Shown piece by piece: positions 56,706 through 64,000 of a stretch of DNA of 64,000 nt (positions are counted from its first letter, which is position 1; each line of letters opens with the position of its first letter). The DNA lies in the sequence record OR352946.1; one strand, 5' to 3'. Origin of the DNA: Escherichia phage AV116. The position numbers and the translations under genes were made by a program. The notes beneath the pieces were generated by a model, which ran no database searches, was not told the origin of the DNA, and saw nothing but the letters and a program-made list of their open reading frames with translations.

Positions 56706-58679
56706 ATGGCAAACACTCCTGTAAATTATCAATTAACCCGAACAGCGAATGCTATTCCCGAGATTTTTATCGGGGGCACATTTGCCGAAATCAAACAGAA
56801 CATTATCGAATGGCTTAATGGGCAGAATGAATTTCTTGATTATGATTTTGAAGGTTCACGCTTAAACGTATTGTGCGACCTTTTAGCATATAACACTCTT
56901 TACATCCAACAGTTCAGTAATAGTGCAGTGTATGAAAGTTTTATGCGTACTGCAAACTTGCGTAGTTCTGTTGTACAAGCGGCTCAAGATAATGGATATC
57001 TGCCTTCATCTAAATCAGCAGCACAAACAGAAATTATGCTAACATGTACAGATGCATTAAATAGAAACTATATCACCATTCCACGTGGCACTCGTTTCTT
57101 AGCATACGCTAAAGATACTTCTGTTAACCCGTATAACTTTGTTTCTACTGAAGATGTCATTGTAGTTAAAGACAAAAATAACCAATATTTTCCACGTCTT
57201 CGATTAGCTCAAGGACGTATTGTTCGCACTGAATTAACATTTGATAGATTAAAACCTATCATTATTCGTGATAAGAATATTGACCGTAATTTGGTTAAGT
57301 TGTATGTTGACGGAGCAGAATGGATTAACTGGACTCGTAAGTCGATGGTTCACGCTGGTTCTACGTCAACAATCTATTATATGCGTGAAACAGTTGATGG
57401 GAACACCGAATTTTATTTTGGTGAAGGCGAAATCTCTATTAACACGTCAGAAGGTGCGTTAACATCTAACTATATTGGTGGCCTTAAACCTGTTCAGGGT
57501 TCTAAAATCGTAATTGAGTATATTTCTACTAATGGCGCAGATGCTAACGGTGCTGTAGGATTTTCTTATGCTGATACATTAGCTAATATCACGGTAATCG
57601 ATATTAATGAGAACCCTAGCAATAACCCAGACTTTGTTGGGGCCGACGGCGGTGGTGACCCTGAAGATATTGAACGTATCCGCGAATTAGGCACAATTAA
57701 ACGCGAAACTCAACAACGTTGTGTAACCGCTTCCGACTATGACACATTCGTTTCTGAGCGGTTTGGTTCTATTATTCAAGCGGTTCAAACATTCACAGAT
57801 TCATCTAAACCAGGGTACGCCTATATTGCTGCTAAGCCTAAATCTGGATTGTATTTGACTTCTGTCCAACGTGATGATATCAAAAACTATTTGAATGATT
57901 ATAACTTAGGGACTATTACACCTGTTGTTATTTCGCCTGATTATTTGTTTATCAAAATGAATATCAAAGTTACATATGCGTTGAATAAACTCCAAGAATC
58001 AGAACAATATCTTGAAGGGCAAATTATTAATAAAATTGACCGATATTATATTGAAGATGTAGAAATTTTTAACTCATCGTTTGCAAAATCTAAAATGCTA
58101 ACTTATGTCGATGATGCAGATATTTCTATTATTGGTTCTTCAGCTACTATTCAAATGGTTCGCGAAGTACAAAACTTCTATAAAACGCCTGAGGCCGGTA
58201 TTAAATACAATAATCAGATTAAAGATAGATCGATGGAATCTAATATATTCTCGTTTGATTCGCACAGACCTAATCCGGAAAATGCAAACGAAACTATTAA
58301 ATACGGTGTTCGCATAGTATCTTCTGACCGTAATGACCGTGGCATAGGTCAAGTTATTATTGGTCCATTTGCAGATGGTGATGTTGTTGAAAACGAAAAT
58401 ATACAACCTTATACAGGTAATGATTTTAATAAACTTACTGTTACTGACGGACGAAACAAATACTATTCAATTGGTGAAGTGAATTATCCTGCCGATTCGA
58501 TTTATTGGAACATTGCTAAAATTGACCTCACTTCAGACCGTTTTGAAGTTCAAACAATTGAACTTTATTCCGACCCTGCAGATGATATTATTTTTACAAA
58601 GGATGGTTCTTTAATCGTATTCGAAAATGACTTACGTCCTCAGTACTTAACTATAGATTTGGAGCCTATTTCACAATGA
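56706..58679 (+). CDS. 6: baseplate wedge protein gp6
   Basis: Start set at MANTPVNYQLTRTANAIPEIF matching the T4 gp6 N-terminus; track ORF begins 57 nt upstream. Confidence 0.93.
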   Translation: MANTPVNYQLTRTANAIPEIFIGGTFAEIKQNIIEWLNGQNEFLDYDFEGSRLNVLCDLLAYNTLYIQQFSNSAVYESFMRTANLRSSVVQAAQDNGYLPSSKSAAQTEIMLTCTDALNRNYITIPRGTRFLAYAKDTSVNPYNFVSTEDVIVVKDKNNQYFPRLRLAQGRIVRTELTFDRLKPIIIRDKNIDRNLVKLYVDGAEWINWTRKSMVHAGSTSTIYYMRETVDGNTEFYFGEGEISINTSEGALTSNYIGGLKPVQGSKIVIEYISTNGADANGAVGFSYADTLANITVIDINENPSNNPDFVGADGGGDPEDIERIRELGTIKRETQQRCVTASDYDTFVSERFGSIIQAVQTFTDSSKPGYAYIAAKPKSGLYLTSVQRDDIKNYLNDYNLGTITPVVISPDYLFIKMNIKVTYALNKLQESEQYLEGQIINKIDRYYIEDVEIFNSSFAKSKMLTYVDDADISIIGSSATIQMVREVQNFYKTPEAGIKYNNQIKDRSMESNIFSFDSHRPNPENANETIKYGVRIVSSDRNDRGIGQVIIGPFADGDVVENENIQPYTGNDFNKLTVTDGRNKYYSIGEVNYPADSIYWNIAKIDLTSDRFEVQTIELYSDPADDIIFTKDGSLIVFENDLRPQYLTIDLEPISQ

Positions 58680-61600
58680 CAGTAAAAGCGCCAGCAGTCA
58701 CAAGTCTCAGAATATCCAAGTTGTCCGCTAACCAAGTTCAAATACGCTGGGATGACGTTGGTGCTAATTTCTACTATTTCGTAGAAATCGCTGAGACTAA
58801 AACGGCAGACGGGGGAATAATTCCCACTGCCAGCTACAGATGGATAAATTTAGGATATACTCCTAATAGCAACTGGTTCGAAAGTAGCTTAGACCCATTA
58901 ACTTCTTATATTATTCGTGTATCAACTGCCGCCGAAGGCTTCGAGAGATCTGATTGGGTATATACCGAAATATTTGAATCATTTCAGACTAACGCGTATA
59001 CATTTCAACATATGATTGAAATGCAATTGGCTAACACTTTTATTAGAGAAAAATTTACAAATAACAACATGTCTTATGTCGATTTTAATAACGACACTAT
59101 AATGGCAGCTCTAATGAATGAATCGTTCCAATTTAGCCCTGCTTATGCGGATATTTCATCTATTAAAAATTTCATTATTGGCGAAAATGAGTATCATGAA
59201 ATTCAAGGTTCGATTCAACAGGTGTGTCATGATATAAACCGTGTTTATTTGATGGAATCCGAAGGAATTCTTTATTTGTTTGAACGGTATCAGCCTGTGG
59301 TTAAAGTCTCTAATGATAAGGGACAAACCTGGAAATCGGTTAAATTGTTTAATGACCGTGTAGGGTACCCTGTATCAAGAACAGTGTATTACCAGACAGG
59401 TTATACCACGTATGTTCTTGGGTATGATAAATTATTTTACGGCCGTAAATCAACTGACGTTCGTTGGTCTGCTGATGATGTGAGATTTAGTTCTCAAGAT
59501 ATAACATTTGCTAAAATTGGTGACCAGTTAAATTTAGGATTTGATGTAGAAATATTTGGTAACTACGCATCATTACCTGCTAACGTATCACGTATTGCAG
59601 AAGCTATCGTTTGCAATGACGATTATGTATACGTTGCTGCTCGAGATAAAGTTCGTTTTATTAAAACTAGTAATGCCCCTATTGATTCAGACCCGTTATC
59701 TCCGACATATTCCGAACGTTTGTTTGAACAAGAAACATTTAACATCACAGGTAACCCTAAGGCCGTTTGCTATAAAATGGATTCTGTCGGTGGTAAAATA
59801 TTTGCACTGATTATCGGTGAAGTTGTTAATCTTAACGATGACCCGAGGACTACTCCTATTGTTGATTCTGCTGATAAGGGTATTTACGTTCTAGACCATG
59901 ACGCTGGCACATTTAAACGTGTGTTTGGTAATACTGAAGAAGAACGTCGCCGTATTGAACCAGGGTACACCAGTATGTCTACTGATGGTGTTGAGTTATC
60001 TATTTCATCTAGTAATTTTAAATTTCTAGAATCGGACATTGTTGATGACCCAAAAACACAAGTCAAGTACGGTTTAATCGGTGCTGTTAAATATGAGTAT
60101 CCTCGTGAATGGCTGGCTGATAAACATTATCATATGATGGCATTTATTTCAACTGAAGACTCTCAATGGGAATCGTTCACTCCTCAACCAATGGAATACT
60201 ACGCTGAGCCATTCTTTAGTTATTCTAGAAAGTCTGGTACTCGTTGTTGGATTAATAACTCAGACAAGGCCGTTGTAATTTATTCTGATTTACTTTACAC
60301 TAAGGTTATTGAGAATCATCCACTTAGTTCTTCAGACCGTGAAGTTCATGAATATTGGAAGGACGGTGACTGTACAATAGTGATGCCTAACGTAGATTTC
60401 ACCGGATTTAAAAAATATGCATCCGGCATGATTTTCTATAAATCATCAGGTGAGATTATTTCTTATTATGATTTTAGTTATCGTGTTAGAGATAATGTTT
60501 CTATAATTTGGAAGCCTACTAATATATTCTTAACAGCATCGTTACAAAACCAAGAAAAAGATACCACATGGACTCCTGTAGAAGAGAACGGCATTGCAGA
60601 CCCAGATTTACGACCATTGCTCACTACAATGATGCCGGAGTCTTATCTTTTAGATAATACAAACTTCGAAGCATTCTGCGAGGCTTATATTCAGTATCTT
60701 TCTGACGGTTATGGGACCCATTATAACAACCTTTTGAATCTTATTAAAAATCAATATCCGCGCGAAGAACATGCGTGGGAATACTTATGGTCTGAGATTT
60801 ATAAACGAAACATTTACTTAAACGCCGAAAAACGCGATTTAGTGTCTCGTTTCTTTGAATCAAGAAGTTATGACTTCTATTCAACTAAAGGAACTGAAGC
60901 ATCATATAAATTCTTGTTTAAAGTGCTTTATAACGAAGATGTTGAAATTGAAATTGAATCTAGTTCCGGGACTGAATATGATATCATCATTGAATCTGAT
61001 TCGTTGACAGAAGATTTGGTCGGACAAACCATATACACCGCGACAGGGCGTTGTAATGTGACGTATATCGAGAGAAGTTACTCTAAAGGTAAATTACAAT
61101 GGACAGTAACAATTCACAACCTCTTAGGTCGTTTAATCCAAGGACAGGAAGTTAAAGCTGAAAGACTCCCTGGTTTTGAAGGTGAAATTGTTCGTGGTAT
61201 TAAAGGTAAAGAGCTTTCTCAGAACAACATTGATTACATAAATCGTGGTAGAGCATACTACGTAATGAAGATTAAATCTAAACTTCCATCATCTCGTTGG
61301 AAATCAGACGTATTACGTTTTGTTCATCCGGTTGGATTTGGATTTATCGCAATTACACTTCTCACAATGTTTATTAACACTGGATTAACACTTAAACATG
61401 TTGAAACCATTATTAATAAATACAAAAACTATAAGTGGGATTCTGGATTACCGACTAAATATGCAGACCGAGTGGCTAAATTAGACCCACAAGGAAATTT
61501 TGAGTTTGACCCTATTACAGGTAAAGCGATATATGAAATAGGCCCTATGGCTGGTCAAGATTATCCATTGCCTGAAGATTATAACGCTGAAAACAATAAC

Positions 61601-61774
61601 TCCATATTTCAAGGTCAACTTCCATCGGAACGACGTAAACTGATGAGCCCGTTATTTGATGCTTCCGGAACAACATTCTCTAGATTTAGAGATTTGGTTG
61701 AACAACGGTTAATCGATAATGTGGGAAATCCAAGAGACCCCGTGAATCCACCACAGGTTAAATTAGATGAATGA
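58676..61774 (+). CDS. 7: baseplate wedge protein gp7
   Basis: 1032 aa; length and order as T4 gp7. Confidence 0.93.
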   Translation: MTVKAPAVTSLRISKLSANQVQIRWDDVGANFYYFVEIAETKTADGGIIPTASYRWINLGYTPNSNWFESSLDPLTSYIIRVSTAAEGFERSDWVYTEIFESFQTNAYTFQHMIEMQLANTFIREKFTNNNMSYVDFNNDTIMAALMNESFQFSPAYADISSIKNFIIGENEYHEIQGSIQQVCHDINRVYLMESEGILYLFERYQPVVKVSNDKGQTWKSVKLFNDRVGYPVSRTVYYQTGYTTYVLGYDKLFYGRKSTDVRWSADDVRFSSQDITFAKIGDQLNLGFDVEIFGNYASLPANVSRIAEAIVCNDDYVYVAARDKVRFIKTSNAPIDSDPLSPTYSERLFEQETFNITGNPKAVCYKMDSVGGKIFALIIGEVVNLNDDPRTTPIVDSADKGIYVLDHDAGTFKRVFGNTEEERRRIEPGYTSMSTDGVELSISSSNFKFLESDIVDDPKTQVKYGLIGAVKYEYPREWLADKHYHMMAFISTEDSQWESFTPQPMEYYAEPFFSYSRKSGTRCWINNSDKAVVIYSDLLYTKVIENHPLSSSDREVHEYWKDGDCTIVMPNVDFTGFKKYASGMIFYKSSGEIISYYDFSYRVRDNVSIIWKPTNIFLTASLQNQEKDTTWTPVEENGIADPDLRPLLTTMMPESYLLDNTNFEAFCEAYIQYLSDGYGTHYNNLLNLIKNQYPREEHAWEYLWSEIYKRNIYLNAEKRDLVSRFFESRSYDFYSTKGTEASYKFLFKVLYNEDVEIEIESSSGTEYDIIIESDSLTEDLVGQTIYTATGRCNVTYIERSYSKGKLQWTVTIHNLLGRLIQGQEVKAERLPGFEGEIVRGIKGKELSQNNIDYINRGRAYYVMKIKSKLPSSRWKSDVLRFVHPVGFGFIAITLLTMFINTGLTLKHVETIINKYKNYKWDSGLPTKYADRVAKLDPQGNFEFDPITGKAIYEIGPMAGQDYPLPEDYNAENNNSIFQGQLPSERRKLMSPLFDASGTTFSRFRDLVEQRLIDNVGNPRDPVNPPQVKLDE

Positions 61775-62771
61775 TTCAAGTGTTATCTATCGTGCAATAG
61801 TTACATCAAAATTTAGAACAGAGAAAATGCTGAATTTTTATAATTCAGTTGGGGATGGAGATGATAAGAACTCCATTTATATTACGTTTGGACGTTCAGA
61901 GCCTTGGGCGTCAAATGAAAATGAGGTGGGCTTCGCCCCACCTTATCCTACAGATTCTGTTCTTGGTGTTACTGATATGTGGACCCATATGATGGGCACC
62001 GTTAAAGTTTTACCTTCAATGTTAGATTCTGTTATTCCTAGACGTGATTGGGGAGATGTGCGATATCCAGACCCTTACACGTTTAGAATTAACGATATAG
62101 TCGCATGTAATACTGCTCCGTACAACGCGACAGAAGTTGGAGCCGGTTGGTTAATTTACCGTTGTTTAGATGTCCCTGACGTAGGGCTCTGTTCAATAGA
62201 ATCTTTAGATAATAAAGATGAATGTCTTAAATTGGGTGGTAAATGGACTCCGTCTGTTCGTTCTATGTCTCCTCCTGAAGGCAGAGGCGATGCTAATGGG
62301 GTTATCGAAACCGGTGATGGATATATTTGGGAATATCTTTATGAGATTCCTGCCGATGTGTCAATTAACCGTTGCACTAATGAATATCTTGTAGTTCCAT
62401 GGCCGGAAGAAATTAAAGAAGACCCCACCCGTTGGGGATATGAAAATAACTTAACTTGGCAACAAGATGACTACGGTTTGATTTACCGTGTTAAAGCTAA
62501 TACGATGCGGTTTAAAGCATATTTTGATTCTGTTTATTTCCCTGAGGCAGCTTTGCCTGGTAACAAGGGTTTTAGACAGATATCAATTATCGCAAACCCG
62601 TTAGAAGCTAAGAAAAATCCAAATGACCCTAATGTTAAAGCAGAAAAGGATTATTACGACCCTAGAGACCTGCAACGTCATTCTGGTGAAATGATTTATA
62701 TGGAAAACCGACCACCTGTTATTATGGCAATGGACCAAACAGAAGAAATTAACATTTTGTTTATGTTTTAA
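61767..62771 (+). CDS. 8: baseplate wedge protein gp8
   Basis: 334 aa; length and order as T4 gp8. Confidence 0.93.
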   Translation: MNDSSVIYRAIVTSKFRTEKMLNFYNSVGDGDDKNSIYITFGRSEPWASNENEVGFAPPYPTDSVLGVTDMWTHMMGTVKVLPSMLDSVIPRRDWGDVRYPDPYTFRINDIVACNTAPYNATEVGAGWLIYRCLDVPDVGLCSIESLDNKDECLKLGGKWTPSVRSMSPPEGRGDANGVIETGDGYIWEYLYEIPADVSINRCTNEYLVVPWPEEIKEDPTRWGYENNLTWQQDDYGLIYRVKANTMRFKAYFDSVYFPEAALPGNKGFRQISIIANPLEAKKNPNDPNVKAEKDYYDPRDLQRHSGEMIYMENRPPVIMAMDQTEEINILFMF

Positions 62772-62774
62772 TTA

Positions 62775-62798
62775 GGGAGCCTTCGGGCTCCCATTTTT
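62775..62798 (+). terminator. rho-independent terminator after gene 8 (GGGAGCC-UUCG-GGCUCCC plus U5)
   Basis: 7-bp GC stem with UUCG tetraloop followed by ATTTTTGT. Confidence 0.65.
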
Positions 62799-62803
62799 GT
62801 ATC

Positions 62804-62811
62804 TATAAATA
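62804..62811 (+). promoter_or_regulatory. T4 late promoter TATAAATA for gene 9
   Basis: Exact TATAAATA about 33 bp upstream of the gene 9 ATG. Confidence 0.6.
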
Positions 62812-62843
62812 GAATATAATATCGGACAACAAAAGGCAGAATT

Positions 62844-63716
62844 ATGGCATTTTTTAAGCAAACTCCTAAACAATTAATCGATACCGGCGAAATTGGTAAT
62901 GCCTCAACAGGTGATATCTTATTCGACGGTGGTAATAAAATAAATGACGATATCAACGCTATTTACAATGCATTTGGCGATCAACGTAAAATGGCCGTAG
63001 CAGATGGAACCGGACCTACAGGTCAAACTATTCATGCCACAGGCTATTATCAAAAAGGAAAGGCGGTCGATTATCAAACTCCTATTAAACCAGGCACTAT
63101 GCATGATATTGATGCTTCTGATGGCGGTGTGATTGTTATTATTGACCGTCCTGAATTAGGTGACTCTGTAGAATTCATAAACTCTAATGGGTCTATTTCT
63201 GTTAACAATCCTTTAAGTATCCAAGTAACCGATGGTTCGATTAAAGGTGTTCTTAATAATCTTGTTATTTCAACCCCTTATACCCATGTTGTTCTTCGTT
63301 GTGTTGAACTTAATGGGCCAACTTCAGTATGGAATTATTCTACTGATAGCATGTTTGGGCAGAAAGAATCTCCTGTCGATGGGACTTGGAGTCTTACAGG
63401 AAACACAGTTTCTATTCCTCTGTTTTATCGCACTGATTATAACATGGCCAAATTGCTTGTTACATGCCAATCCGCCGACGGTAGAAAAATAAAAACATGC
63501 GAAATAAATATTCTAATAGATACAATTAACTCAGAAGTTCTTTCTACCGAATTTGCAGTAATGCGAGTTGGTAATGTAGATGAAACCGACGAGATTGCTA
63601 ATATTAGCTTTAGTATTATTAACAACTTTGCTACTATGACGATTACATCCGATATTATTGGATTACGTTCGGCAGTTAAAATTATCTCAACTCAGAAAAT
63701 TGGGGTCGCTCAATAA
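62844..63716 (+). CDS. 9: baseplate wedge / long tail fibre socket protein gp9
   Basis: 290 aa; matches T4 gp9 (LIDTGEIGNASTGDILFDGGNKIN...AIYNAFGDQRKMAV). Confidence 0.93.
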   Translation: MAFFKQTPKQLIDTGEIGNASTGDILFDGGNKINDDINAIYNAFGDQRKMAVADGTGPTGQTIHATGYYQKGKAVDYQTPIKPGTMHDIDASDGGVIVIIDRPELGDSVEFINSNGSISVNNPLSIQVTDGSIKGVLNNLVISTPYTHVVLRCVELNGPTSVWNYSTDSMFGQKESPVDGTWSLTGNTVSIPLFYRTDYNMAKLLVTCQSADGRKIKTCEINILIDTINSEVLSTEFAVMRVGNVDETDEIANISFSIINNFATMTITSDIIGLRSAVKIISTQKIGVAQ

Positions 63717-64000
63717 TGAAACAAAATATTAAAATTGGTAACGTCGTTGATGACGGACAAGGCGATTACCTTCGTCGAGGTGGTGAAAAAATAAATGAGA
63801 ACTTTGACGAAATCTATTATGAATTAGGTGATGGTGAAGTTCCTTATGCCGCTGGCGCATGGAAGACTTATGATGCGGCTGATGGTCTTAATCTTAAGGC
63901 TGCTTGGGGTAAATCTTATGCAATTAATACTACTTCTGGGCGAGTTTCGGTAAATCTTCCTAAAGGGACAATTGCAGACTATAATAAAGTTATTCGTGCT
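63717..64000 (+). CDS. 10: baseplate wedge protein gp10, N-terminal part (continues beyond window end)
   Basis: ATG overlaps the gene 9 stop (TAATG); MKQNIKIGNVVDDGQGDYLRRGGEKINENFDEIYYELGDG matches the T4 gp10 N-terminus. Confidence 0.9.

Overview
This window reads as a T4-like (Tevenvirinae) myovirus genome segment with conserved T-even gene order. Genes up to ~53.5 kb lie on the minus strand: gene 42 (5' fragment), DNA polymerase 43, regA-62-44-45, rpbA-like, 46/47, late sigma factor 55, nrdH/nrdG/nrdD, endonuclease VII (49), nrdC and a block of nrdC-region ORFs, tk, regB, a GrcA-like glycyl-radical protein, internal proteins, denV, lysozyme e, nudE, a hypervariable block of small ORFs, two tRNAs flanking a SegB-like endonuclease, 57B/57A, and genes 1, 3, 2, 4. 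From 53.5 kb the plus strand carries baseplate genes 53, 5, 5.1, 5.4, 6, 7, 8, 9 and the start of 10. The most unusual content is a five-gene cassette between genes 42 and 43 (423..4527): a SIS-domain arabinose-5-phosphate-isomerase-like protein, a small membrane protein, a fused nucleotidyltransferase/kinase, a HAD-like phosphatase and a cysteine-rich 389-aa protein. I interpret it as a phage-encoded NDP-sugar (probably NDP-arabinose) pathway for DNA hypermodification; the usual alpha-glucosyltransferase slot between 47 and 55 is instead occupied by a GIY-YIG endonuclease. Other notable items are four free-standing GIY-YIG homing endonucleases, several paralogous small-protein families, multiple capsid-targeting internal proteins, T4 early-type and late (TATAAATA) promoters, a recurring terminator hairpin and a 49-bp exact repeat. 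All assignments rest on reading the translations and on remembered T4 biology; no database search was run.
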